Source: Octopus vulgaris
Lineage: Eukaryota
Direction: 5' to 3'
Assembly: GCA_951406725.2 (NCBI GenBank)
Contig: OX597817.1
Span: 171,492,001 to 171,556,000 of the forward strand
Length of the DNA stretch: 64,000 nt
The position numbers and the translations under genes are program-made. Positions 41,480 to 55,822 of the stretch are shown piece by piece. Below the pieces are notes generated by a model. The model made no database searches and was not told the origin of the DNA. It saw only the letters and a list, made by a program, of their open reading frames with translations. How positions within the stretch are numbered: the first letter of the stretch is position 1; each line of letters begins with the position of its first letter.

Positions 41480-42089
41480 TATATATATATATATATATAA
41501 AGATTCAGGTGAATAAGGCACCTAAAGGTCAGAATTAAAATGCATACACAGCAAATATAGATGAATACAGAAGTACTGGCAAAACAATATTCAGGTTATG
41601 TATACAATTAACTGAAGCCAACTGAGTGCATCATCAGCCCTTGGGTTGATTCAGAAACACTCATATTATTAAATATCATGTGATCACGTGACCGACCAGA
41701 CCATCAGATGTTGCGACACATCGCTGGTCACAATGCGTTCGCATTGTTTTAGCCTTCGAATGATGCCACCCCGCTGGCTAAGCAAGCAGGCCAACAGAAG
41801 AAAGAGAGAAAGAGTGGTGAAAGAGTACAGCAGGGATCACCACCCCCTGCCGGAGCATCGTGGAGCTTTTCAGGTGTTTTCGCTCAATAAACACACACAA
41901 CGTCCGGTCTGGGAATCGAAACCGCGATCCTACGACCGCGAGCGCTGCCCTAACCATTGGGCCATTGCGCCTCCACATTATTAAATATATGGTCCATGAT
42001 ATATTTTGGAACACTTGGGTGACAGGTTCTGAGAGAGGTGAATTATAAATAAATAAATAAATAGATAAATAGCAATAGATGGATTAAAA

Positions 42090-42408
42090 GACTCCGCCGG
42101 TTACGACGACGAGGGTCCCAGCTGATACGATCAACGGAGAAGCTTGCTCGTGAAATTAACGTGCAAATGGCTGAGCATTCCACAGACACGTGTACCCTTA
42201 ACGTAGTTCTCGGGGATAATCAGTGTGACACAGAGAGTGACAAGGCTGACCCTTTGAAATACAAGTACAACTCATTTTTGCCAGCTGAGTGGACTGGAGC
42301 AACGTGAAATAAAGTGTCTTGCTCAAGGACACAACGCGTCGCCGGGAATCGAACTCACAACCTTACGATCATGAGCCGAATGCCCTAACCACTAAGCCAC
42401 ACGCCCTC
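42090..42408 (-). mobile_element. tRNA-derived SINE family D with CORE-like GTGTCCTTGAGCAAGACACTT block
   Basis: A box (TGGCTTAGTGG) and B box (GTTCGATTCC). Relatives at ~4525-4770 (+), ~20945-21175 (-) and ~38035-38345 (-). Confidence 0.8.
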
Positions 42409-42584
42409 CCTGCAATAGATGGATAGGTGTTAATTCATTACAGCTGTTTCTAATGAAGTTTCTAATTGATCAATGAGCACATTATATCATTATTAAAAAA
42501 ACGTTTTCTTCAGATGAATACAGGAATTCTACATTTAAAATCCCCTGCCTGTGCATATTTGGTGATTATATATATATATATATA

Positions 42585-43482
42585 TTGGGTCATCCTATAA
42601 ATAATGCAGTTTTTTCAATTGCATGAACTAAAAGTAGGAGGGGGATGGGATAAACTACCTGCATCAACTTGCTATAAAAGCAGGTAATTTTACATTGTTC
42701 TTATTCTTAGTGCAAGTTTTGAAGAGTGTAATTTGATTTTAACAGTTATTTTTTTAAAGCTATAATGGAAGTAACAAAGGAGCATATTCGGCATATTTTG
42801 TTTTATGAATTCAATAAAGGCAACAACGCCGTGGAAAGTGCAAGGAATATTAATGCCATGTATGAGTATCAGACAATAAGCCTAAGCCAGTGTCAATGGT
42901 GGAAACTAAAGCCTAGAAGACAAACCACATCCTTAAAGATCTGTATGGCTCAACAAGGACATCCTGCAAACCCTGGTGGAACAAAACCCCATTGTAACTG
43001 TTGAGGAACTAGCAGAGAAGCTTGGATTTGGTCATTCAACCATTCATTGACACCTGTGCTAGAAGAAAAGTGACCATCTTTGGTTTCAAGACGAAAAGTG
43101 TTCTTCCATCATGACAATGCTTGGCCACATACAGCGAAGATGACATTCCAAAGGCTGGAGCAGTTTGAATGGGAAACGATGCCCCACCTATCATATTTGC
43201 TGGACATTGCCCCATCTGATTATCATTTATTCCACAGTCTTCAAAATCGTTCGGATGGAAAAAAAAAGAATTCTGTAGACGAGGTCAGAACAGTACTGGA
43301 GGAGTATTTTAGTCTGGGTCAAGTGAATTTTGGAAGATGGGTCTTGCAAGTCTACCAAATAGCTGGAAGAGCAATGTTGGAAATGAAGGAGAGTATATCT
43401 TCGGTTGAAAAAGAAGTTTGTTTATTTTAATTTTGAAAAATAAAAGAAGTATAAAAAACCACATTATTTATGGATGACCCAA
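42585..43482 (+). mobile_element. Internally deleted mariner (DD34D) transposon with both TIRs
   Basis: TA-flanked ~30-bp TIRs (TTGGGTCATCC.ATAAATAATG..GTTTTTT). ORF pieces MEVTKEHIRHILFYEF (HTH region) and HHDNAWPH...DIAPSDYHLF (catalytic region), with stops and frameshifts. Confidence 0.9.
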
Positions 43483-44067
43483 TATATAATTGGTCAGTTG
43501 TTCATAAGTGTGAATACTCTTAACAACTCATCATCAGATTTATCCATCAAAATGTGATCATAAATGACAAAGGAGTGGGAATTATGATGTTCATAGCTAA
43601 TCTAAAGATATTAACAGTATAGGAGGCTAAAGATATTAACAGTATAGGAGAAAGTATACCAACAACAGCTATAATTGTATTTAAATTTCTTTCATAGTTT
43701 GTTATGTGTAAGATACCTTCAGCTTAACAATTCTCTATATTTAACGGATGAATTATTTCAAAAATACTACAGTTGATCTTTGACTAAGGAAAAAGGCTCT
43801 ATATTTTCACAGAAAGAGATTTAGGAAGTATCTCTATTTTTTACTGATATTATGGATTTATGATAGATAACCTACAAAATTCCAAACGATCTTTGTGGCC
43901 GCCTACTCTTCTTAGAAACAATATCACTAGCTTAGCAGTTTTCATCAAATAGATATTCAGTGTTGATAATTAATTCTGCAATCATCTTCAAGTATCTTCT
44001 ACTATAGCCATGGGCTGGCAAAAGCCTTGTGAGTGGATTTGGTAGGTGTAAACTGAAAGAAACCTGT

Positions 44068-44113
<46 letters not shown>

Positions 44114-44720
44114 TGTGCGTGAATGTGTGCGTGCATGTATGTGTCTGTATGTGTGATGTGTTACTGTCTCCTTCCCTTGAGATCGTACAATAGTTGGAAA
44201 CAAAATTCTCCAGCATGCAAACAGTGTTCATTGCGACAAATCTTTTGGGAAACAGGTTAGAGTTGATGACAGGAAAGGCTTCAGACTAGAAAATCAACGT
44301 CAATAAAATTCCAACTGACCTGTACAAGTGTGAAAAAGTTGACATTAAACCAATGATGATAATGATTATATTATATTCTATATATATATATGGAGGCACA
44401 TGGCCTAGTGGTTAGGGCTCGCGGTCGAGAGATCATGGGTTCGAATCTCAGACTGGGCGATGTGTGTGTTTATGAGCGAAATACCTTAGCTCCACGTGGC
44501 TCCAGCAGAAGGTAATGGCGAATTTCTGCTGACTCTTTCGCTATAACTTTTTCTCACTCTTTCCTCCTGCATCTTGCAGCTCACCTGCGATGGTCTGGCG
44601 TCCCATCCAGGTGGGGAACCTGTACGCCAAGGAAACCAGGAAACCGGCCCTAATGAGCCAGGTGTGGCTCGAGAAGGAACAAACATATATATATATATAT
44701 AGACACACATATATATATGT

Positions 44721-44781
<61 letters not shown>

Positions 44782-45319
44782 AGAAGCTTCATGATATTGC
44801 CCTCATGAGTGGAAGTTCATTTTGAGAATGTGGTTATGTCCATTATTGGACAAGAGAGCAGAGTGTGTGTGTGTGTGTGTGTGTATGTGTGTGTGTGTGT
44901 GTATATGTATGCTTGCATGTATATATGCAAGTATTTATATCAGTGTCTGTGTCTTTGTGATTATTCCCCTCATCTAGATACGTGTGTGCTATAATAAAAC
45001 TTTACCATTCAAACAAACACTCATTTGTTTTTTGTTTGCTGTCCTCTGTGAAAACATGTTCAAGTTATTTGTTTTTCAGTCTGATGGGGGGAAACAATTT
45101 ATCTGTCTGAGAATTGGCATATGGAAAGGTATCTGGGTATCTGGCTATAACCTATTCTGCTTCAATGAAATCTTGCCTGACCCATGCAAGCATAGAAAAG
45201 TAGATGTTAAAATGATGAGGATGAAAGTTACATCTATCTGTCTATGTATCTGTCGGTCTGTCTATCTATATAAACATACATATAAAAATATATACTACTT
45301 AATATATATATATGTATAA

Positions 45320-45350
<31 letters not shown>

Positions 45351-45360
45351 TGTATGTGTG

Positions 45361-45402
<42 letters not shown>

Positions 45403-45487
45403 CATACATACATATATATATATATATACATACATACATATATATATATATATACATACATACATATATACATAGATATATATATAC

Positions 45488-45535
<48 letters not shown>

Positions 45536-46109
45536 TATTACATAGATAGTAATAAAAATGCGATTTATATTTTTTAATAATTGTACTAAATTTTTCTGGT
45601 AAGAAAAAGAGTTAGAAAATATGGCAATATATTTTTAAAGGTAAATAAAATGCATTTTACTCAAAATGTTTATTTTGAATAACTTTCGAAAATTTCCACT
45701 TCCCTTGTTATATAACCAGTTCTAACTCTTGTATGTTTTTGTTGTTTAATATTTAAAACAGCCAATACCGCTTCAAACAAATGTAATTTATCTTAAACTC
45801 TTTTCTCATTATCCCATAAAATGGCTCTCAAGTATGCTTTTTCTATATATTATCTGAATATGATTAACTCAACATAACTTGTGTTGATCTAAGAGCCATT
45901 TTTCTATGTATTTCTTACAGTAAATTCTTGTTAAGTTATAAATAAATATTAAAATTTGTATTATATTATTATTTTGTCTATTTTCTCTCTCCCTACATAT
46001 GCACACACATACATGCACAGACACACACATATATATAGAGAGACAAATAGAGAGAGAGGGAGGGAGAGAGAGAGAGAGAGAGAGACATGTATATGTGTGT
46101 TTGCATATA

Positions 46110-46159
<50 letters not shown>

Positions 46160-46952
46160 TATATATATAGATAGATAGATATATAAAACTGACATAAAAA
46201 TGATATGGCTAAAAAGTATATACAAATTCTGAAAATCCACTTATGTCTAGCAACGGATATAATTTTCAGGTCCTCAGGGATATTACATTCAGTATTGACA
46301 TGATGTTAATATTCACTGTTAGAAAATAAATAGTGCTGAAAGTTCCACTTAAAGATACCATATCAAATTTAATGAAAGGGCAAAAGTCTGAGTGGTAAAT
46401 AGGAAGATTAACCAATTATAATTCACAATCTGTTTGTATAGCTTGTACTGGCCAAGTGAGTGTAACGTTGGCTTCTCATCTGAGATTCCTTCAGGTATAT
46501 ACACTGAATCTCTCTCCTATTATCTAACGGAACTATAGAGAATAGGAAAAAGTAAAAGAGAATGGTTTGATATTTCTACATTGAATCATCAAGAAATTAA
46601 TAAGTTTAGTAGTATACAGAGCTATCATTGATTTCTAGCCCACTCACAAAAACAGATGAAATAGCTTGGGGGGCTCTGTGTTGAAATCCTATCAATGGAC
46701 ATTAAATTTTTTTTTCCTCATTTCATGCAGCATGACATAATATATAATATGTAGGTAAAAATAGTATATATATGTTATATATATAATAGTATATATAATA
46801 GGCACAGGTATAGGTGTGTGGTAAGAAATTGGTTCCAGGTTCAATCCCAGTGTGTTGCACCTTGAAAAATTCTCTTCTTATCTAGTAGAAACTGATGTAT
46901 ATTTTATGGGCCTCTTTCAGTTGCTTTCCACCAAATTCACACACACACACAC

Positions 46953-47030
<78 letters not shown>

Positions 47031-47033
<3 letters not shown>

Positions 47034-47307
47034 CAAAATAAGAAAATGGAAAAATACATCGAAATCAAATATCAATTACCAGATAATACTCAACTGATAT
47101 TTGATTTCGATGTATTTCTCCATTTTCTTATTTTGTATTATGAATTTGTGGTAAATCATTTTACCTTCGCCCATATAATACAATAAATGAATTAATTGTA
47201 TCGCAATTCTTAACATTTATGTATTAACTTTGTTGGGTACTTCACTAACAGTATATTGGATATATGGTATCCCATGGTGGGTTGCATTTACAACCCCTAT
47301 CTCAATT

Positions 47308-47310
<3 letters not shown>
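47031..47310. repeat. Fold-back element inside a (TA)n tract
   Basis: 44-bp arms at 47031-47074 / 47095-47138 (1 mismatch, 20-nt spacer), then unique sequence up to the next (TA)n. Confidence 0.85.
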
Positions 47311-47346
<36 letters not shown>

Positions 47347-47472
47347 AGAAAAGCCTGGCTGGAGGCCCAACCTTTCGAAGTCTTTTACAGGGCTTAGAAA
47401 AACTGAAGGATTGCTGCAATAAATGAGAGAGAAATATGTTGAATAAAATCATAATTTACTGATCTTCCTGCA

Positions 47473-47849
47473 CAGAGTGTGTAAGATATTTGAGGACAGA
47501 TTCATATTTATAAAAAAACAGATATATAATGACATAACTTTATTCATCAAAAAATGCAATGAGGATAAAAATAAACCTTCTTTTCTATAATGTTATTCAA
47601 TAAAGCCAACTTCAGCTTCAACAATTGCTTCTATATGAGATCTAATTCATGTACATGCTTGAATCAAGTGGTCCTGGTTCATTTTGGGCATTACCCTAAC
47701 TGTGGCAGCTATCAAAGAATCTTTGGTGTTATAGTCATGTTCATTGACCTCTCTCTATTATGCTCCACATGTAATAGTCCAATGGATTGAGATCTGGGGA
47801 ATTAGGAGGCCAAATGTTAGAGGTTATGTGATCATGAAAGTTTTCTCCC
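47473..47849 (-). mobile_element. Tc1/mariner (maT/DD37D-like) transposase 3' remnant
   Basis: My translation of the minus strand gives HDHITSNIWPPNSPDLNPLDYYMWSIIER...HLIQACT*IRSHIEAIVEAEVGFIE, with a frameshift and a stop. Confidence 0.75.
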
Positions 47850-48264
47850 ATGCTGGTAGTACGTTAAAAGCACCATTCAAGCACAGTCAATGCCAGTACA
47901 GCCTGAGTGGCCCACGTGGTGGTGGCACATAAAAAGCATCCACTACACTCTCGGAATGGTTGGCATTAGGAAGGGCATCCAGCTGTTGAAACTTTGCCTG
48001 ATCAGATTGGAGCCTGGGCAGCCTTCTGGCTTGTCAGCACTCAGTCAAACCCTCCAACCCATGCTGGCATGGAAAGTGGACGTTAAACAACGATGACAAT
48101 GATGATCATATATATAAGGCTACTTTCAGTTTTCATCAATGAAATCCACACACAAGGCTTCAGTCTTCTTGGAGGCTACTCGGTAGGACTAGCACCACAC
48201 AGTGAGACTAGTGCCACATAGTGGGAGTGAACCTGAAACCATATTGTTATGAAGCATACTGTTT

Positions 48265-48670
48265 ACTCTTTACTCTTTTACTCTCTTACTTGTTTCAGTC
48301 ATTTGACTGTTGCCATGCTGGAGCACCGCTTTTAGTCGAGCAAATCGACCCCAGCACTTATTCTTTGTAAGCCGAGTACTTTTTCTATCAGTCTCTTTTG
48401 CCGAACCATTAAATTATGGGGACGTAAACACACCAGTATCGGTTGTCAAGCGATGTCGGGGGAACAAAGACAGACACACAAACACACACACACATATATA
48501 TATACATATACATATATACGACAGGCTTCTTTCAATTTCCATCTACCAAATCCACTCACAAGGCTTTGGTTGGCCTGAGGCTATAGTAGAAGACACTTGC
48601 CCAAGATGCTACGCAGTGGGACTGAACCCAGAATCATGAGGTCGGTAAGCAAGCTACTTACCACACAGCC
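48265..48670 (-). mobile_element. SINE family A
   Basis: Homology to other copies; (TTTACTC)n tail visible on + strand. Confidence 0.85.
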
Positions 48671-49199
48671 ACATATCTTTGTGGTTACCCTCAGAATAGT
48701 TCATTCAGCTGGCTGCCTCCCGATCAAAAGTTACCATTTCTCCCCCACCCCCACCCCCACCCCGAGATAACCAGCTCTATCCAACTACAATAACTACTAG
48801 TTTGTATATCTTTGATCTCAGGTTTTCACTTTTTATCAATAATTTCTTCCGAACAAAGCCAACTTCGAAGATTTCTGTTTTTCCTCTTTTCATAGCACCT
48901 TGCCAACATCTTGGAAACAGACGGAGAATTACCTAAAAGCTTTCTTGCTCTCCACTCTCTCATCTTTTATCTTTTATCTTCCCTCTTTCTCCCACTCTCT
49001 CTCTCCCCCACTTTTATAGGCTTGTCTTATCCACCTCCTCCTTTGAATCTCTTATTTTCTCTATTCTTATCTTCCTCACTTTTCTTCCTCTTTCTTCTTC
49101 CAATCCTAATCCACCCTGGATCCACCTCTCTTCTTTTAGCATTTATTTTTGAAGTCAGTAGGTTATTTAATGTCTTTTAAAATAATTTCTTTTCTACCT

Positions 49200-49229
49200 T
49201 CTTTATTATTATTATTATTAATATTATTA

Positions 49230-49260
<31 letters not shown>

Positions 49261-49377
49261 TATTATTATTATCATTATTATTATTATTTTTATAATTATT
49301 ATTATTATTATTATTTTCATCATCATCATCATCATCACCATTATTATTATTACTATTACTATTACTATTACTATTAC

Positions 49378-49410
<33 letters not shown>

Positions 49411-49597
49411 TATTATTATTATCATTATTATTATTATTTTTATAATTATTATTATTATTATTTTCATCATCATCATCATCACCATTATTATTATTACTAT
49501 TACTATTACTATTACTATTATTATTATTATTACTATCATTATTATTATTATTATCATTATTATTATTATTTTTATAATTATTATTATTATTATTATT

Positions 49598-49637
<40 letters not shown>

Positions 49638-49710
49638 CCATTATTATTATTACTATTACTATTATTATCATCATCATCATCATTATTATTATTATTACTA
49701 TTATTATTTT
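49200..49710. repeat. (ATT)n/(ATC)n compound microsatellite with higher-order periodicity
   Basis: TTTTTATAATT...TTTTCATCATC...CACCATT block repeated three times. Confidence 0.9.
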
Positions 49711-50254
49711 TTTTGCAGATGTATATTTTTTATGTCTTTTACCATCTAAAATAAGAAACAAAACAACAACAACAACAACAAAACAAAACAAAAAGGCACA
49801 ACAACCTAATCTTTCAGATTAAGAAGACCAAGAATTTATGGGATTCAAAAAAAAAAAATTCTTAATGAATAAAACTACTTTTTTTTAATTTTTCAATCTC
49901 ATAATATTTTCAAGAAATTCTGATCAGTTTGTAACAAGGCTCAAATACATGTTTTGATGATAAGGTATTATAACAATGAAAAGTGCTTGGAATTTGGTAC
50001 AAAGCCAGCATTTTTAGGCACAGGGGCAAATCAGTTAAATTGACCTCAGTACTTGATTGGTACGTTATAATATCAACCCAAAAGAGAGATAAAAGGCAAA
50101 AATGACCTTGGTGGGATCTGACCTAAGTACGAAAAGATCTAGAAGAAATAAATATTTCTAAGAATTTTTCCAATGTGCTAGTGATTGAGCCAGTTTTTCA
50201 CTGCATATGATATAATGCAATACAATAATATAATGATGTTATATAATAACGATC

Positions 50255-50300
<46 letters not shown>

Positions 50301-50367
50301 TAATAATAATAATAATGATGATAATAATAATAATGATGATGATAATAATAATAATAATAATAATAAT

Positions 50368-50965
50368 AGGAATATATTCACAGACATGACAGAGTTGGAA
50401 CCTACATACATTGGAAGCTATGCCAACATTATGGAATAACAACAGAAAAAAGATGGTATAGGCACACACCAGAAAAGGTCACAGAAAACGAGAAAGCAAC
50501 CATACTCTGGGATATGCCGATACACACAGATAGAGAAATTAAGGCCAACAGACCAGATATAGTTGTCAGAGATCATGAAGAAAAAAAATGCTTTCTAATT
50601 GATGTATCAATACCGGCTGATGACAACGTGTCTCTAAAAGAAATGGAGAAACTCTCAAAATACAAAGACCTGGAAATAGAGGTAACTAGAATGTGGAATC
50701 TGAAAACAGAAACAATTCCTATCATAGTAGGTGCATTAGGCATGATAAAAAAATATTCAGACAAATACATAACAAAAACACCAGGACTTACAAACACATA
50801 TAACATACAGAAAATTGCACTACTAGGCACTGCACACATCCTACGCAGAACACTTTCTATACAATAACCATCAGAGCATCACAACAAATCACAGCACATA
50901 CCCAAGGCACACAGAGCTGCGCTCGGTAGTGAAGTGAAAGCACGCTATAAAAATAAAACTACTGA
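50368..50965 (+). mobile_element. 5'-truncated R4/Dong-clade LINE, copy 2 (frame open to the natural stop at 50867)
   Basis: Near-identical to 27000-27614 but without the duplication. Flanked by (AAT)n. Ends AATAAAACTACTG-(AAT)n. Confidence 0.88.
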
Positions 50966-50991
50966 ATAATAATAATAATAAACATAATAAT

Positions 50992-51150
50992 AAATTCAGT
51001 GATGATATCAGAATGCAATTTGGCCTCAATAAATGTGCAAAAGCTACCTTTATCAAAGGAAAAATGACAGAAACATCTAATGTTAACCTTGACCAGCAGA
51101 ATGTCATAAAAGAGTTAGACCCAGCAGAGAGCTACAAGTACCTGGGAGTA
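50992..51150 (+). pseudogene. Internal reverse-transcriptase fragment of an R4/Dong-like LINE
   Basis: KFSDDIRMQFGLNKCAKATF...AESYKYLGV matches the last RT motifs (FGLxKC, YKYLG) of non-LTR elements. Confidence 0.75.
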
Positions 51151-51409
51151 CTTGTAAGAATAATAATGATAATAATAATCCTTTCTACTATAGGCACAAG
51201 GCTTGAAATTTAGGGGACGGAGATAATTGATTACATTGACCCCCAGTACTCAACTCATACTTATTTTATTAACCCAGAAAGATGAAAGGCAAAGTTGACC
51301 TCAGCTGAGATTTGAACTCAGAACATAGCAACTGGTGAAATACTGCTATGCATTTCATGCAACGTGCTAATGACTCTGCCAGCTTGCCACCTTGATAATG
51401 ATGATGATG

Positions 51410-51460
<51 letters not shown>

Positions 51461-51461
51461 G

Positions 51462-51522
<61 letters not shown>

Positions 51523-51592
51523 TAAAAATAATAATGATAATAATCTATTCTAAGATAGGCACAAGACTTGAAATTTTGGGGGAGGGGTCTAG

Positions 51593-51873
51593 TTGTTGCC
51601 TGTCTTTCTTTTTTTAACCTCAGACTGGTGTTTACAACAGGGTAAAATTTTAATATTTATGGCTTTAACGGTGATGGCAACCATTTAAATCTCTAATAGA
51701 CCATTATATTCACTTTCATTATGTTTCGTAATCCTATTATATTCTATTAAGCATTGAAATGTCTTTTGTTGCACCTAAATGACCTGGTTACTGTTACTCT
51801 TTTCAAATACAATTGAATATAACACTGAAATTTTAATATAATTCATGTTAGAAATTCTAACTCTAACTGATAA
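51593..51873. repeat. Left arm of a ~280-bp long-range inverted repeat (partner 59402-59684)
   Basis: Reverse-complement match along the whole length with only scattered mismatches. Confidence 0.92.
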
Positions 51874-52053
51874 CTACCTACTTCATCAACTGGTGCTTAT
51901 TTTATCAAGCCTAAAAGGATGAAAGCCAAAGTCTATCTTGGCTGAATTTGAATTCAGAACATGGAAACTGATGAAATACCACTAAGCATTTTGTCTAGCA
52001 TGCTAACGATTCTGCCAGCTCATCACCTTAATAATTAGTAATATCAATATCAA

Positions 52054-52217
52054 TAGGTGCAGGAGTCGCTGTGTGGTAAGAACCTTGCCAACCAACCACA
52101 TGGCTCTGAGTTCAGTCCCACTGCATGGTGCCTTGGGCTAGTGTCTTTTACTATAGCCTCGGGCCCAACCAAAGCCTTGGGAGTGGATTTGGTAGACGGA
52201 AACTGAAAGAAGCCTGT

Positions 52218-52271
<54 letters not shown>

Positions 52272-52515
52272 TATATGTGTGTGTATATGTTTGTGCGTCT
52301 GTGTTTGTCCCCCAACATCACTTGACAACCGATGCTTGTGTGTTTACGTCCCCGTAACTTAGCAGTTCAGCAAAAGAAACTGATAGAGTAAGTACTAGGC
52401 TTACAAAGAATAAGTCCTGGGGTCGATTTCCTTGACTAAAGGTGGTGCTCCTGCATGGCCGCAGTCAAATGACTGAAACAAGTAAAAAAGTAAAAGAGTA
52501 AAGAGAGTAAAGAGT
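52054..52515 (+). mobile_element. SINE family A, full length
   Basis: Homology to other copies. Confidence 0.85.
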
Positions 52516-53223
52516 AATAATTCATTCTTCTACAGGTAAGGGCTAATTGACTACATTGACCCCAGTGCTTGACAGGTACTTATTTCATTGACCCCAAAAT
52601 GGTGACAGGCTAGGTCAGCCTCAACAACATTCGAATTCAAAAGGTGAATTGCCACAAAGAGGTAGGATAAATATGTCTGATTGATTAGCAGCCTCTTTCT
52701 GATGACCATAAACTCTTATCCTCAATGCCCCATGTCCTTCTGTAAGCACATCCAGACCAAGAACCTTTGGGTAATTGCTCAAGACAACAGCAAATGGTGT
52801 CATCATCATTATCCACTTTTCTATGCTTGCATGGATTGAGATGGAGTTTATTAAGGCAGCTGTTCTATGTTCATATGCCCTTCCTGTCACTGACCTTTAT
52901 CTGTTTTCAAGCAAGGTAATATTTCCCCAGGGCCAGATATATTTTCACAGAATATTAGAAATGAATGACATTCAGTTACAAGAATCACACAATGTCAAGA
53001 CAAGAAGACACAAACACACACACACACACATGATATGACAGGTTTCTTTCAGTTTCCATCACCTATATCCACTCACAATGCTTTGGTTGACTCAGGGTTA
53101 TAATAAAAGACATTTGCTCAAGGCGCCATACTGTGGGATTGAACCTGAAACCACACATTTAGGAAGCAAATTTCTCAACCACATAATCATGCCTGTTCCT
53201 AAGCCATCTACTTTTATTCCTTA

Positions 53224-53605
53224 CTAGCAGTATCGCCTGGTGTTGCTCAGGTTTGTTTCGACCCTTTAGAATCAGAATTTTTGAAAAGTAGCATTATGTA
53301 GCTTGTTATTCTCTTTAAGCGAACATTTTTCTGGTTGAAATACACCAAAAAATGGCGACACAACAGTAAAAAAATTGCCAAAAATAGGGATTTTCATAGA
53401 AAAGAAGCAGCTTTTTGATGTAAATAATTTTTGGTGTTAACATGGTCCGGTTTGAAGTTTTTCTTCTACGGAAAGAAGAGCAAGCCTTCTTCTATCATAC
53501 TCTCAATTTTGGTCAACTTGCACCACAGGGTCTTGGAGGAGATAGTGTTAGTTGAAGGCTACCAAACCTGCCATACACAGACAACTTCAGCTTTATATAG
53601 AGAGA
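53224..53605 (-). mobile_element. Non-autonomous Helitron, second copy
   Basis: Aligns end to end with 36533-36898 and has the same CTAG terminus. Confidence 0.8.
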
Positions 53606-54248
53606 AATTTGCAATCCTAGTTCATGTTGTGAGGAGATGGTTATCTCCCTTGAAGTAGCTCTCCTCACTTGGGTCACTGCATATATCAACTTCTGTTGCT
53701 ATTGGATGTTATCTAGTCCCTTGTCAGACCTTACTGATTAGACTTATAATTGAAGGCATTCTAGCCATGACCACCCCATATTTTTGTAAGCAGGAGCTAC
53801 ATTTTGCAAATTATATTTTCATTTTTTTTTCCTTGTAGCTTATGATATGAAGATGACTTGGCTGATATTTCTAGCAGGGTAATTCAATCCTCAGTGTACA
53901 GAAAACAAGGGTGGATGATCTTCCAGCTGCACTTCCCATCTGAAAGATGGCAGCTTTGGGTGCGTGACAAAGAGATATTTTTGATAGTCAGCAACTAGTC
54001 ATTATATAGCTGTTCGGCATTCAGGATTGCGGTGAAGTTGGGGCGATCAGCAGCCATAAGACAGGCAATAGTTTGAATAACTCTTTGTAATTTGAATATA
54101 TGAAGAAAAACAAATAAAAACAGCTAATGAAATATGAGAAACACACACACACACACGCATGCACATACACACATATATATACATACACACACACACTCAC
54201 TCAGGTACATATGTATTTTTAAAGATAGATAAAGAGATAGATAAGTAA

Positions 54249-54312
<64 letters not shown>

Positions 54313-54351
54313 AGAGAGAGTTGTACAGATAGAGAGAGAGGAAAAGAATTG

Positions 54352-54432
<81 letters not shown>

Positions 54433-54625
54433 TGAGTGATGAAAAGACATATAGCTACATATAGGTATGGGTTAGAGAGATACAGGAATGTATGCAGATG
54501 AAGGCTTAAAATCACAGATTTGATTGCTGTTATATTGTTAACTCTATATTAAGCATTGAGTACATCTTCCGTATATATACATACATTGATATATGTGTGT
54601 ATGCCAGTATGTATGTTCTATCTAC

Positions 54626-54676
<51 letters not shown>

Positions 54677-54695
54677 CCTCCCTCTCTCTCACTCA

Positions 54696-54730
<35 letters not shown>

Positions 54731-54962
54731 CAACATTTAATGTCCGTTGTCATTAAATGATGATTATGATGATATATATAAGTATATACGTATGTATATA
54801 CATATACTGAGAGTGAGAGATAGATAAACAGATAGATATGTATATATATGTAGAACATAGAGAGAGAGAAATGGAAAGAATTACAATAGCATAAGGGGAG
54901 AAGGTTGAGGAGGGGAGATGCAGAAACTTGTTTTGATCTCAGGAAAAACTCAGACACATAGG

Positions 54963-55010
<48 letters not shown>

Positions 55011-55246
55011 ATGAGAGAGAGAGAGAGAGAGAAGCGGGGTGAAAGGGGTACAACAATGATAATGAAAGAGACAGAGACAGAGTTATATATAGGAGGAAGA
55101 GGAGGAGGAGAATGAACAAAGAGAGCAAGAAAGGGAAATGAGAAAAATTAAGAACAGTTAAGCGCAAACAACAAGGCAACAAGATAAGAAGAAGTGAAGC
55201 TATAATTACACCACTATCCCTTCTTTCAACTACTGCCACCACTACT

Positions 55247-55280
<34 letters not shown>

Positions 55281-55340
55281 CAACAACAAACTCTCACCTC
55301 TTCCACACACTCTCCACATCAAGCATCATTACTACCTACA

Positions 55341-55361
55341 TTAACACAGTACCATTAACAC

Positions 55362-55397
<36 letters not shown>

Positions 55398-55786
55398 TGT
55401 CATCATCATCATCATCATCATCATCATCACCATCACCTCCACCATCACTAAAACCACCACTTTCGTCACCACTGCTACTGCCACCACTATCATCATCATC
55501 ATCATCATCATTATCATCATCATTGTCAAGTCATCTTCATCATCATCATCATCACCACCAGCATCACTGAAAACCACCACTTTCGTCACTACTACCACCA
55601 CTGTCATCATCATCATCGTCATCATCATCATCATCATCACCATCACCTCCACCATCACTAAAACCACCACTGCTACTGCCACCACTATCATCATCATCAT
55701 CATCATCATTGTCAAGTCATCTTCATCATCATCATCATCACCAGCATCACTGAAAACCACCACTTTCGTCACTACTACCACCACTG

Positions 55787-55822
<36 letters not shown>

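Noticed and set aside
42088-42140. Twister-like words (ACTCCGCC...GGTCCCAGC...GGAG)
   Set aside because: This is the antisense of a SINE D 3' end, and the twister pseudoknots do not form.
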